Origin: Octopus sinensis
Taxonomy: Eukaryota
Assembly: GCF_006345805.1 (NCBI RefSeq)
Contig: NC_043005.1
Location: forward strand, 80,042,001 to 80,106,000
Direction: 5' to 3'
DNA: 64,000 nucleotides
A program made the translations under genes and the position numbers. This document shows positions 38,594 to 52,520 of the stretch, piece by piece. Position 1 is the first letter of the stretch. Each line of letters starts with the position of its first letter. The notes beneath the pieces are model-generated. The model searched no databases. It saw nothing but the letters and a program-made list of their open reading frames with translations, and was not told the origin of the DNA.

Positions 38594-39082
38594 TCTTATT
38601 TCTTTATTGCCCACAAGGGGCTAAACACAGAGGGGACAAACAAGGACAGACAAAGGTATTAAGTCGATTACATTGACCCAGTGCGTAACTGGTGCTTAAT
38701 TTATCGACCCCGAAAGGATGAAAGGCAAAGTCGACCTCGGCGGAATTTGAACTCTGAACGTAGCGGTAGACGAAATACCTATTTCTTTATTACCCACAAG
38801 GGGCTAAACATAGAGGGAACAAACATGGATAGACATAGGTATTAAGTCGATCATATCGACCCCAGTGCTTAACTGGTACTTAATTTATCGACCCCGAAAG
38901 GATGAAAGGCAAAGTCGACCTCGGCGGAATTTGAACTCACAACGTAATGGCAGCCGAAATACCGCTAAGCATTTCGCCCGACGTGCTAACGATTCTGCTA
39001 GCTCGCCGCCTTTCATCCTTTCGCGTTAGACGAAATACCGCTAGGCGTTTCACCTGGCATGCTAACGTTTCTGCCAGCTCGT
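38594..39082 (-). mobile_element. SINE family A dimer plus extra head fragment
   Basis: Two bodies joined by GGGTAATAAAGAAATAGG|TATTTCG; terminal GGGCAATAAAGAAATAAGA. Confidence 0.9.
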
Positions 39083-39569
39083 TTCTGCATGTGTCATTTT
39101 CTGTCGTGTCGTGTTGTCCCATGACCTGAAACAGAAATTGCGTAGACAGAAAGTGTTTCGAAGCCTTTCGAATGGATTGCATGTCGGGCACTTAATTGTG
39201 TTAAGGTTACACGGTTCTTTGATCTGTCGAGAAAAAATAAAAGAGTATCAACTTAGTGATGATGCAACTCTTTGTTTCCCGCTTCAGCCTGCTAACATAT
39301 CCTCGACATGAAGGGTGGAAGGGCCGATGATGTGTTGATGTATCAAATGGGCACCAAAAACAACGAGCAAAAGTTTACTGCATTGGACCTAGTCGCACTG
39401 GTCTGCGAGTGACAGCTAACTTAAGCCGATCTACACACAGACAAATGATGTGTGTGTGTGTGCGTGTATATATATATATATGTTTGAGTGTGTATAGGCA
39501 GTGTATGACTGAATGTTCAACCACTTTTTTACAATCATAGGATTCTCGATCCATTATTTTGTAAAGCCT

Positions 39570-39780
39570 CTAAGGTGACGAGCTGGCAGAATCGTTAGTA
39601 AGCCGGGCGAAATGCCGCTCCGTTCTGAGTTCAAAGTCCTGAGTTCAGAGGCCGACTTTGCCTTTCATCCTTTCGGGGTCAATAAATTAAGTACCAGTTG
39701 AGTACTGGGGTCGATGTAATCGACTTAACCCCTCCCACTAAAAGAAATTCCAGGCCTTGTACGTCTAGCAGAAAGGATTT
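39570..39780 (+). mobile_element. SINE family A, short-tail type
   Basis: AAGGTGACGAGCTGGCAGAATCGTTAG...GGCCTTGTACGTCTAGCAGAAAGGATT. Confidence 0.8.
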
Positions 39781-40785
39781 CTAAAGAGTTGACTTATAAC
39801 CTCAAAGTAAAAGTGGGATTGACAGAAATTGTCTGGAATCCCTTAGAATGGATTACACCTATAGCGCTGGATCTACTTCAGAATTATATTTTTACACATG
39901 TTTATGGAATACTCTGTCTCTTGCACGCTAATTAACAAAGTCCGGTAGTTCAAGTGATGAACAATTGAAAATTCAAGTTCGGGAATTCAGTGTATTTCTG
40001 TGTTACTTTTACTAAGCCTGATCAAGATCTGAAGCAAATAGTCAACATACTAATTTGTATTATTTTTATACCATTGGAATTTAATGCTTCTTTCTTAAAC
40101 TTATATTCTAATACGAAAGGAACTGTGACTGCAATCTTTCAACCAATTAGCAATCAGATTACTTTGTCACATGAAATGCTTATGTATTCTCATTTTTTTT
40201 TTCAATTAATTATTCATTTTCTTGTACCTTCGAAATTTCAATGTTGTGATTGTTGTCGTTTCAAAATGGCATTGTAGGTTAGATATGAGAAAACAGATCT
40301 TGGTTTAATATGTGGGCCTCATATGGTCAGCTTAAATGCTAACGGGTTGAACAGTCCAAAATAATGCATCATCTACGACATGTAATATATCTATATCCAA
40401 CCTCTAGCCATCAGTTGACACTTACAATGCAATAGAAATTTTTTCAGTCATAATTTGTGCGAGTAATGTAGCGTTTCGCCACGTCGAAACCAATGAACTA
40501 TGATTTTCCATAAAAACGAATTGCATACGATAACGTGGGTCTAAACAAATATAATCTGAATAATTTTTACCCCAGCAGAACAAAATAGGGAAGGCAACCG
40601 TAATTACTTGAGCGATCAAGAACCACCATGAATTCCAGTTATGAGCTCATCTCATCCTTAAGAGATCATGGCTAATTAAGAAGGATAAATGCACATGCTG
40701 TTGGTGCCAGCTAAAAGAAAATAAAACAGAAAGAATAATCACTAGGGTGCTTATATTGAAATTATATAATAAATTATGTAATCAG

Positions 40786-41188
40786 GGGTAGGAGTGGCGG
40801 TGTGTTATGTAGCTTACTTACGAACCACATGATTCCGGGTTCAGTCCAACTGCCTGGCATCTTGTCTTCTATTATAGCCTCAGGCCGACCAAAGCCTTTT
40901 GAGTGGATTTGATAGACGGAAACTGAAAAAAGTCCGTCGTATATATGTAAATATATATATATATGTGTGTGTGTGTACTTGTGTGTCTGTGTTTGTCAAC
41001 CCAACATCGCTTGACAACCGATACTGGTGTGTTTATGTCCTCGTAACGAAGCGGTTCGGCAAAAGAGACCGATAGAATAAGTACTAGGCTTACAAAGAAT
41101 AAGTCCCGGGGTCGATTTGCTCGACTAAAAGCTGTGCTCCAGCATGGCCCCAGTTCAATGACTGAAACAAGTAAAAGTAAAAGAGTAA
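40786..41188 (+). mobile_element. SINE family B
   Basis: Full architecture with small deletion in the CORE-like segment. Confidence 0.85.
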
Positions 41189-41355
41189 TCAAGAGTGTAG
41201 CCATTGGTGTTGACATTGCTGGAGATGTAGCCAACTTACGTTGGAATATATTCCTCAAACGATACTTAACAGAGAAATCTAAACTTCTATATATTAATAT
41301 GGACAACACAAACATGATTATAAACCAATCCACAAGATGATACACAGGATATTGT

Positions 41356-41575
41356 TTTCTTTTATTCGTTTCAGTCGATTGACTGCGGCCATGCTGTAGC
41401 ACCGCTTTTAGTTGAACAAATCGACCCCAGGACTTATTCTTTGGAAGCCTAGTACTTATTCTATCGGTCTCTTTTACCGAACCGCTAGGTTACGGGAACA
41501 TAAATACACCAGCATCGGTTATCAAGCGATGTTAGGTGGGGGGACAAACACGAACACATAAACATATACACACAC

Positions 41576-41619
<44 letters not shown>

Positions 41620-41745
41620 GACGGGCTTCTTTTAGTTTCCGTCTACCAAATCCACTCACAAGGTTTTGGTTGGCCCGAGGCTATAGTAGAAGACACTTGT
41701 CGAAGGTGCCATGCAAGTTACTTACCACATAGCCATTCTTGCGTG
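41356..41745 (-). mobile_element. SINE family B (tail-to-tail with previous copy)
   Basis: Reverse-complement copy about 170 bp downstream of 40786-41188. Confidence 0.85.
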
Positions 41746-42461
41746 TATATATAAAAATATATATACACTTTGGTAAAAATCGAACAGATATCAAGCAGCG
41801 AGCGTTTATCATATCTTGATGTGTCACAACGGCGAGAAATTATGAAAGGTAAGAACCAAATTCTTCATTCACATTATATGAAATTTGCGACCGTGAAGCA
41901 CCTGGGCTCGAGAGTTTTGCTATATCAACAAACGCATAAACAAGCATTTTGATAGCAGACCTAGTAAGGGTCATGAAGAATACATTTCCTGTGTCTCCCC
42001 TATGAACGGAGAAAACATTTACAGGATTTCATCTGACACGCAATTTTCTAAATAGAACAAACAAAATTAGATGAAGGTTTATTAAAAAAATCAGAAAAAA
42101 ATACTTTGAAATGGTCACCAGCTTTGATGTAAATGGATTGTGCTCTAACGACAGCACCAAATTCTGGAACAAATTTAAAGAACAAAGAAATGTGAACCAG
42201 AAAATACTTCTGGTATTAGTGATACCGAAGTTCGTCGATGCTACATCAAGAGGTGAACTAGAATACAAAATTCGATAAGCTATTTAAATTAAAAAAGGTA
42301 CAGAGTTTACTGTTTCTGTAGCTGATTAAAAAAAAAAAAAAAACAGGTACACCCATCGTGTAACTCAAAGAATAGAGATAGTATTTAAATACAAGAGCCC
42401 CACAACCACCATATTGTATACACTTGGTGACGTATACATCCTTAATGTATTCAGAGAGATT

Positions 42462-42693
42462 GGAGCGGCGAGCTGGCAGAAACGCTAGCGCGTCGGGCGA
42501 AATGCTTAGCAGTATTTCGTCTGTCGTTACGTGCTGAGTTCGAATTTCGCCGAGGTCGACTTTGCCTTTCATCCTTTCGAGGTCAATAAATAAAGTACCA
42601 GCTTCGCACTGGGGTCGATGTAATAGACTTGATCCGTTTGTCTGTCCTTGTTTGTTCCCTCTATGTTTAGCCCCTTGTGGGCAGTAAAGAAAT
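42462..42693 (+). mobile_element. SINE family A monomer with about 14-bp TSD
   Basis: TATTCAGAGAGATT (42448-42461) / TATTCAGAGGGATT (42697-42710). Confidence 0.9.
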
Positions 42694-43404
42694 ATATATT
42701 CAGAGGGATTATAAAGATTTGGAAGTGTAAGTAGATAGCAGGAGATAGAGAGAAAGAGAGAGATGTAAAGAAATGAAAAGAAATGGAGAGAAAACGAGGG
42801 AGAAAAGAGGGGTAAAGACAAAGGGAAGATGAATTTGTATGTTTTTGAGTGTGTTTATATTGTTTATTTACATATATCCGTATACTACTCCAATCACGTT
42901 CTTATTAATAAATCTGTTGATTGCATTATTTGGTAGATATTAGCTTACGTGTCTTTATCTATGTCTCTGCATCCGCCGCTGCAATACTTCACGTATGCAT
43001 AGCGAATCATGTCCTGCTCGAAATCCTTACAAAAGAATAGACCGCCGTCTTTTGACGTGTCCTTGAATGCAGCAACATTATATACGTATTAATGTATGTT
43101 CTCTTTAATCTGCTTGGCTTTGTTCAGCCGGGCAAATGGGCAAGTTGCATTGTATTCCATTTTATTATTCCTTTGTGTCATTTCCTTCATGACTTTTATT
43201 TAATCCTAATCGCAAATGTCTTGTTAACTAATTATCCGACCATAGTTTGTGGTTGACTCTAACGAAATTCTTTGTCATTGTAAAATAATATAATACTCCT
43301 CTTTAGATGAATTCGCATGCACGCATACACCTATGCGCATGCGTGTGCGCTTATATCCTGACATGTATTTAAGCGTTTCAACTTGTAAAGTATTCTTTTA
43401 TATT

Positions 43405-43606
43405 CTTTTGTTCTTTTATTTGTTTCAGTCATTTGATTGCGGCCATGCTGGAGCACCGCATTTAGTCGAACAAACAGACCTCACAACTTCTTTGTAAGCC
43501 AAGTACTTATTATATCGATCTCTTTTGCGGAACCGCTAAATTATGGGGGACAAAAACGCACCAACATCGGTTATCAAGCAATGGTTGGAGGGACAAACAT
43601 AGACAA

Positions 43607-43635
<29 letters not shown>
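43405..43635 (-). mobile_element. 3' half of SINE family B
   Basis: Tail to internal (CA)n only. Confidence 0.8.
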
Positions 43636-43637
<2 letters not shown>

Positions 43638-43784
43638 TATATATGCTTTCGATACAGGAAATCCTTTTTTCTATCGGGGGCTTATATGCTCCTTTATTGG
43701 ACTATTTTCCTTAGTCATTGTACAGTGATCCCCATAAGCTTTAAGCCTATGTAAAAATACCATTATTATTATTTACAGGATATA

Positions 43785-44172
<388 letters not shown>

Positions 44173-44229
44173 ATACACGGCGGGCTTCTTTCTTAAAAAT
44201 TCTATAACAGATGGTAATTATTGTTGCAC

Positions 44230-45186
44230 TATATGTATGACTCTTTGTTCTCTGTCCATTCCAGTTTGTGTATGTTTGACGGCACAAAACCTGTTCAAGC
44301 ATTTCAAGGGAGGTGACACAATCTTACGCCAAGGCTAGGAGACTTTTGGAAGATGATGACTTGCTTAATATGCTTGAGCTGCAGCCAACCACAAGTACTT
44401 ATACACCGGCGGCAGAACTTAAACCTTCAAAAAAACAGCATAGATTGACACCCCTATAATTTCGAACTTGTGAATATACGCTGTTAAGATGCTCGTTGTG
44501 GTATGACCAATAGAGTCAAGATGTGTGAATATTTGCAAACAACCGCTGGCAAATACTTGAGCTGTCTGTTTTTGACATAGAATTGTAACTAGGGATGAAA
44601 ATGGATCTATTTTCATAATCCTAAGAGAAATCAGTAGCTTCACTCTGGCCAACACCACCTGTTGTCAAACAGCACTTGTTTGAACAGAAGGTCATATTGA
44701 ATATTTGGTATTATTTGATGGATTGGAGTTGCAATTTACGCCTGTCTCACATCGTCATGCTGTGAGTGCTAAATGCAGTGAATATATGATGCTTGGAAAG
44801 ATCCGCAATGCTACTGCATGACAATGCCCCAGCACACACTGCAATGTGACCATGCGCAAACTTGAGTATTTTGAAGGCCTGAAAGTGTTAGCTCACACTG
44901 CCAACAGCCTAGACGTTGCACTCTCACATTACCACTTTTTCCGGGGCATGTCACCCTTCCTGTCCAGACGGATATTCAACAAAGTGGATGAGGTTCAAAA
45001 TTAGGACACGAAGGTTTTTAATTCTAAACCAGCCACAAGCGTAGAATTATGGTACTGGGGCAATGATGGCAATAGACAAAAGAATATGATAGGATATATT
45101 TTGATGAATTAACGTCTTTCGTACGTAATTTGTTCGAACTGTTAACAAACGCTTGAAATATGAAGAAAACTTTTGACCCAACCTTG
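44230..45186 (+). mobile_element. Near-full-length decayed mariner transposon
   Basis: FKHFKGGDT, LEDDDLL (HTH region), HRIVTRDE(K)WIYFHNPKR, LLHDNAPAH, AHTANSLDVALSHYHFF; 3' TIR AAACTTTTGACCCAACCTTG followed by TA. Confidence 0.85.
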
Positions 45187-45539
45187 TATAATATGTAGCG
45201 GGATGAGTAACTGCTATTCAGTTCAACAGTTGCTGATGAACTGCCTGTTCTCTTCGTACGTATTCCGTCTTTTTATGTCGTATATTTTTTGTTCGTTACT
45301 TTAATTGCATTTTGGTGTCCCCGACGTAAATCAGGAAATATTTTCCTCGGAGTTCGCTTCCATCTTTAATGTTATCTGTCCTCTGGACGCACACTGAATC
45401 CATAGATGCAGTTTAATGATAAGTGAATTTAATGATAAGTGAATTGTAGATATTGTTTATAGTAAATGAAGACATATTTAGAGGCTGTTTGAATCACTAT
45501 TATGCTTGAGCTGGCTGGTTTTCACTTTTTGTAGAAGTA

Positions 45540-46450
45540 GTCTATATCACTTTTGAGGTAGAACTTTCTGGTGTGGGTTAATAACTTTCAAGTTTTAACA
45601 TCTTTCATCCTGGATTTCATCTAGCGTTTGATCCATTAGCACCCTACTTTTGCAAACATATAGAAACATTTATCGTGACCAAAATCAGTCACTGTATCCT
45701 TCATGAATGTTGTAATCAGGTCAAGGATTTTCTACATACCTTTCATACTGTTGGTATTTTCTCTCAGATCATCTACAAAGAAGCAGTGTATTAGGTTGCT
45801 ATTTCTGATTCCCTGAAATCCATTTAAATCAACTTTAAATTATCGCAACAAAATCACAAAATACTTTGTTGAATGCATAAAGGGGAAATATCTCATTGAA
45901 ATAATTCCTCATAGTTTTATCGCAGGGACCATAGATATACCTCTTACTCTCATTGTATTTAATAGCATAAAAGATATCCGTGTATGTTAGACGAAGCCCT
46001 TATTTTAGAAACTAATAGTCAAGAAAAAATCTTTTAGCGCATTGAAGCATGTAATATGCACTCAACCTTGCATGTAGGACACGGGGTGACATTTTTTTGC
46101 GACATTATTTGGCAAAATGTGTGTTATGTATGTTGTCAACTACAGTAATTTCAAAATGGTGGGCCAGAAAAAAAGTTAGGCCACGGCTACCTATAGTTTC
46201 ATTGTGATACTTGGAACATTAACACATTGAAGGGATTTTAGCATCTACGTCTAGGGAACAAAATCGAAGGCCTTTGCGCAGTGATTCCGATTTGAGTCCA
46301 AAGGCTTCTTATGCTGCTGCACATCTGACAGCTTTGCTTTGCTAGTCAGAAGTCATTTAGCATATCTTCAAACAACATTTTTTTTCTAATTTGCTTGAAT
46401 GAGAAGTGAAGACATTACTTTTATGTTGATCCTGACAGAAGGATTTACAT
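45540..46450 (-). mobile_element. R4/Dong-type LINE RT remnant
   Basis: KAFDFVP..WMLKSLQCVNVP; SNLIHCFFVDDL; TDFGHDKC. Confidence 0.6.
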
Positions 46451-47572
46451 AACTTATACTGATTTCATATATGACATTTTGGCATGCACTTGGTCAGTAG
46501 TTTTTCGAGATATAAGTGGAATTTTTTACTATGTTTTATTTCCACCAGCATTAACCACATTATCGTGTTTATTTTTCTATTGAACAGCCTACAAGTAAAA
46601 TTTATTGAGACATCTCTGATATCAATTCAGTTTCTTTTACCAGCATATGTTTGCATGTTTAATAGATATTAAATGAATCCTAAAACACTTCCCCCCTATA
46701 AATATATTCATGAAACAATGCACAAACACCCATTTGACGGGTAACTCTCGAAGTATATATTTACCCTGTAGATAATATAAAAAATTATGGTATTCATGCA
46801 ATAATTATAATTAAACATTTATCAAACTTTTATCAAATTTCAGGTTGCTTATACAAAATGATGAAATGAATATTTACTTTCGAAAGTGAAATATTTATCA
46901 ACTGAATAGGAAAAGCAAATAGTACAAGTGTATATATGAAATAAATTATGTTATTTTATGAAATATTCATCAGCGTAATCGCAATCTTCTCCAATGGAAA
47001 CCTACTCGTGAAAAGTAAATGTATATTTTTCAGAAAAATATAAGGCACGCATTCTACTTCGTTTAAGTTATCCCTTTTTATTCTTCCTCGTCTACAGTAT
47101 AAAGCGTAACTCGAGGAACCAACCATAATTTATATTACGTATATTTGCTAGTACAAATGAACCTATACTCACACACACAATCACACGCACAAACACACAC
47201 ATAAACACACACACACACACACACACATACAAACTAAACAAACACACACACACACATGATTTATGAAAGGCAAAGGAGAGAGAAGACGGATTTGAACTCA
47301 GAGTTGCAGATGACAAAAACCAATACGGTACAGTAGTATTCTAGCAGAAGTTCGTAAGACTGAACCAGTTCGTCAGAGAATAATATATCTTTTATATTCT
47401 ACTCTTTTCGCTCATTGGACTGCATCCATGATGGGGCCACGCTTGAAGAGTTTTGTCGAACAAAGTGAAACCTAAGTTAAGGGACATGACCAAACTAAGC
47501 CTGTTATCATGGTGTGGATACGGGCAAACGAATACACACACACACATACACACACATGTATACATGGATATG

Positions 47573-47574
<2 letters not shown>

Positions 47575-47637
<63 letters not shown>

Positions 47638-47752
47638 GTATGCATATATATATATATACATATATATATATACATTTATAAAATCAATTCAAAAAGACAC
47701 ACACATACACATGATATACGGTTTGTATGCACGCATATATATATATATATAT

Positions 47753-47784
<32 letters not shown>

Positions 47785-47804
47785 ATATATATGTATATGT
47801 ATGC

Positions 47805-47835
<31 letters not shown>

Positions 47836-47895
47836 CATTTATAAAATCAATTCAAAAAGACACCACATACACATGATATACGGTTTGTATGCACG

Positions 47896-47945
<50 letters not shown>
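47575..47945. repeat. About 163-bp tandem duplication embedded in (TA)n
   Basis: TACATTTATAAAATCAATTCAAAAAGACAC...GGTTTGTATGCACGCAT at about 47671 and 47834. Confidence 0.85.
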
Positions 47946-47946
<1 letters not shown>

Positions 47947-49156
47947 GGATTTGTATGAATGTCAACATATGTACAAATTACTGTGGTACGTGTCTGGTGA
48001 ATTTTGTGTCTCTGCCCACACACGCCTTCGTTGAAGTAGCTACGTGTTTGTGTACGTCATGTTAGCACTTTTCTTTTCTCTGTCTAAGAACAGGTTTTTG
48101 TGTTGCTGCCTAGAGATAATTAAGGTGGAGAAAGGATGAAGTAGAAATTACATTCACAGGAGTCTAATCATTTGCTTTTTGGTTTTGTTTTCCGTTCCTT
48201 TTTTTCCTGCCGTAAGTACATAGTGGATTATTTGAACCGAAAGTCAATGTGTCGCTTGTAAATATATGCATTATGACGTGTCTGAAACACTAGGTAACGG
48301 TAGTAAAGGTGATGAATAGAAAACAGGAAAAGCGAAAACAACACAAATGGTTATAAACGAAAATTTGTGTAAGTGGCAATTGCCATCTTTCTATAAGTGT
48401 TTGTCTTTGCTCATTGACCAAAATCTTTCTGCAATCTATTCTGGGTTCTCTACTAACAAAAAGAAATACATGAATAAAAAAAAAATAAATATATATATCA
48501 ATAAATAAAAATGAAAAAAAAAACGTGAATAATCGAAGGAAAACAAAATGGAAGGTAACAATACTACAATGTAACAAACTGCAACAAAAGGTTATAATGA
48601 AAACAAAAGAAGAAATAAAGAGAGGAAAAACAAAAGAATAAACTCATATAGTGTATAAACAATATCAACATTGTTTAGTCATCGATATATATGTACTGAA
48701 TTGAACTAAAGAAGTCACTGCTTACGACTTCTGGTCGTTAATTCGAGAAGTATGGGTGATCAAGTGCAAAAGCTCGTGACACGCTATTATTCCCAATTGA
48801 TTGCATTCTAAAATTTTATTCTCGGTGTGTGCGCGTGTGTAAGGGGTGTGACTGTCTGTCTTTTTGTTTATGTAAATGTGTGTGCTTTGGTTATATTTTT
48901 CGTTATAGTTTTTCTTATTTATTTATAATTTTCTTTTTATATCCTGCTATAGTTATATCTTAATTTATATTTAGCCATAAAGATATATGTAAATTAGGCT
49001 CTTTATTTGTCTTCTGCCCGTCGTAATTGTTATTTTTTTCGCAGGTTTACAAAACAATTTATGTTCGGTTATTCACTTATCTTTTGCTTCTAAACGCGCA
49101 TACTTTAAATTTCCTCAAGTACTTATATACTTCTGCATAAATAATCATGCGCATAC

Positions 49157-49201
49157 TGATTATTATTATCATCATCATCATTATCATTATTATTATCATC
49201 A

Positions 49202-49277
<76 letters not shown>
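49157..49277. repeat. (ATT/ATC)n tract
   Basis: Direct inspection. Confidence 0.95.
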
Positions 49278-49279
<2 letters not shown>

Positions 49280-49820
49280 GGCGGCGACCTGGCAGAAACG
49301 TTAGCACGCCGGGCGAAATGTGTAGCCGTATTTCGTCTGCCGTTACGTTCTGAGATCAACTTCCGCCAAGTTCGACTTTGCCTTTCATCCTTTCGGGGTC
49401 GATAAATTAAGTACCAGATACAATCGACTTAATCCGTTTGCCTGTCCTTGTTTGTCCTCTCTGTGTTTAGCCCTTTGTGGGTAGTAAAGAAATAGGTATT
49501 TCGTCTGCCATTACGTTCTGAGTTCAAATTCCGCCGAGGTCGACTTTGCCTTTCATTCTTTCGGGGTCGATTAAATAAGTACCAGTTACGCACTGGGGTC
49601 GATATAATCGACTTAATCCGTTTGTTTGTCCTCTCTGTGTTTATTCTCTTGTGGGTAGTAAAGAAATAGGTATTTCGTCTGCCATTACGTCCTGAGTTGA
49701 AATTCCGCCGAGGTCGATTTAATTAAGTGTAAGTTACACACTGGGGTCGATATAATTGACTTAATACCTTTGTTTGTCCCCTCTGTGTGTAGCCCCTTGT
49801 GGGCAATAAAGAAATAAGAA
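49278..49820 (+). mobile_element. SINE family A trimer, continuing into an older A copy (49821-49965)
   Basis: Units begin 49278, 49497, 49671; internal junctions GGGTAGTAAAGAAATAGG|TATTTCG; terminal GGGCAATAAAGAAATAAGAA. Confidence 0.9.
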
Positions 49821-49963
49821 TCGTTCGTACGCCAGGAAAAATGCTTTGCAGCATTTCTATATTCAAATGCTACTGAGATTGACTTTGTATTTCATTCTCT
49901 TGGGGTCGTTGAAATAAGTACGACTACACCCCATCAAAACTGCAGGTGCTGTGCCACAATACC

Positions 49964-50240
49964 ATTATTATTAGTTGATTTGACTAAGGTTCGGTCTAAT
50001 TCCAAGGTAGGATTTATATGGTTAGCGGGTTACTACGTTAGGTATCCACAAGTTTTCAGTAGTCTTTCAAGGGCTTAGAACACTCCTGATAATCCTTGCC
50101 GTCCCCAAGAGACAAACTTTCCGTACGAGTTCTCCAGGGCATTCTATTCCAATCTCCTTCAACCATTTGCCTATATCTTTGCTTACTGTTCCAGACGCAC
50201 CATTTCTTATAGACACGACCATCATTTTTATCAAATCGCA
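49964..50240 (-). mobile_element. R4/Dong-type LINE 3' end
   Basis: VVSIRNGASGTVSKDIGKWLKEIGIECPGELVRKVCLLGTARIIRSVL*; short 3' UTR ending in (TAA)3. Confidence 0.75.
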
Positions 50241-51114
50241 GAGGCTGATCTGGGTGTCATGCTAGATAAATTCTTTAGCTATTCATATGTCCTCCATGGA
50301 AAAATACAGAAAATAAAAATTAGCAACACTTAATAGCAACTCGCAAGGAAAATAGGAGACAGCTTTTATAAAATTAAGAATTTCCCCGTTGAGACAATAT
50401 GCTTAAGAAACACGGACATTTGATCTGGGAAAGCTATGGGTGTGTGGTTATATATTAGCTATTAGCTATAACTTTGAAAGAAATTTAATTTAGAGTCATT
50501 TATGATATGGAAAATATATTTGAAACATGCATAGAAATACAAACTGGTGTTAATATGTCCATAAAGTCTGTGTTAGTCTGCTTTTCGATATATTTAATCG
50601 CCGATAGGCTCCAATTTCCAGTATTTAGAGTTATTAGTTTCCGATCATCAGCTGGGAAACCAAGCCAGCTTTTCATTTGTACTATCCGCTGTCAGAACGT
50701 TTTTTGAAATATGAAATCAAAGTTTGAAGAAAACGTTTATCTTTATGTTGTTTTGTTCAAAAACCTATATAACAGACACGCACAAAAAAAAAGGCTACTC
50801 TAAGATCCTGTTTTTATTTCATTTCTTCCTCTCGTGATAATATTATGTCTTAAACACTAAACGAGGGAAGTCATGAAATTGTGTTGTTAAGTAATGTTTT
50901 AAAGGAATAGACTTTCAAACTTTCATCTCTTACTTCTTCAACAAATATTCAAACAGCGAATATTTCAAACGAAAAGGTGGCATCATTTTGCCAGCTGATG
51001 ATCGTAAAAGAGCAACTCTGAGTATTGGAAATTAGAGCCTTTCACTGATAATATATTAAAACATACTCTACATTTGCATTGAGTCCTGTAACTTACCGAT
51101 TCTAGTGACTCTGC

Positions 51115-51173
<59 letters not shown>

Positions 51174-51639
51174 CCTGCTCGCTTAGCCAGCGGGGTGACG
51201 TCATTCGAAGGCTAAAACAATGCGAATGCATTGTGACCAGCGATGTGTAACAACATCTGATGATCTGGTCGGTCACGTGATCACGTGATATATATATATA
51301 TATATTATATATATATATATATAATATATATATATATAAATATAGAGAAAGAGTTTTAGTTTTTCAAAATTATTTGATACTTTTTGCTAAGGAAATAAGT
51401 AATTATTATCACAATTTTAATTGGTATTATTAAAAAAGGGAAGACGATAGGAATCATGGTTATAGCTTCCGTAATTTTTCTTCAGGTCTTACAAACAAAA
51501 TATTTTCTGCATTGAAATGCGCTCTGTTACTCGATTAATAAAAGGATATTTAACGTCTTCTTTAAGTGTGTTCGTGTGTGTTTGTGTGTGTGCGTGCGTG
51601 CGTGTGTGCGTGCGTTTGTGTAGCTTCGCTATCTTCTCC

Positions 51640-52520
51640 GCTAGACTTCCGGTCAGGAAGGACGTTAAAGCGATGTCATCTCTCCAATGATCTTTACTGT
51701 ACGTATCGAAATAGTCTTAAGAGACATTGATTGGAAAGGAGCCATCGACATCAACAGCGAGCTGGAAAAATACGTCTAAACCTCAAAACCGTATCGTGAT
51801 TATCGCATAAACGTCATATCAGCCGCAGCCTAGACTAGAAGAGTAGGATACCCAAAGCGAAGCGCAGAAGTATGCAAAATAAATTGTATGGAAGCAAAAT
51901 ATACACGGCCCGTAAATAAAGGAAAAGCGCGAAAAATGTTGGGGAAGTGATGAAATCGAAGAGGTGAAGTAATAAGTCTATTTAAGTATCAGTAAATATA
52001 TGATGAGACATGAACGATGAAATCTTGTGAAGAGTGTGAGCTGAGTGGAAGGCATATGTGTCGATAAAAGACACAAGTATACAGAGTGCATCTAGACAGG
52101 AACCTACCAATCTTTTGAAAAGCATCGTCATACCTGCACTTTTATATGAAAGTGAAACATAAACTACTACGAAAAATAACGCCAGGTTACGACACAGTGC
52201 CCCTTGGAAATGTCCTTGCTAGGAATATCTCTGCAGTAGGATATACGGCACGGATCAATTCGAGACTGAGAAGAGAGCACGATGTGATTGTAGGGCACTA
52301 AAGGCAGAAGGCCCACCAGGGAAAGCAGGTCGCTTCGATCACAGACTACAGATGAACCTGCACATTTGTGGTCTTCAAGAGACCATGGGCAAGACCTATC
52401 TATTGGAAAGATAACAGTAAGAAATTTCGGGCCCGAATGGAAGATTAGTGAGAAATCAGGGGGAAATGAATGCGCATCGTAATCAGCGAGGTTTAAGGAC
52501 ATTTGGTGGTTTTGTTTTGG
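51640..52520 (+). mobile_element. Old RTE-type LINE remnant
   Basis: DVISPMIFTVRIEIVLRDIDWKGAIDIN; IVIPALLYESET*. Confidence 0.65.

Noticed and set aside
40786-41745. Large apparent inverted repeat
   Set aside because: It is explained by two independent family B SINEs in opposite orientation, not a single foldback element.
49278-49820. CRISPR-like or satellite-like regular repeats
   Set aside because: The units are whole SINE bodies with no unique spacers, the context is eukaryotic, and there are no cas genes.
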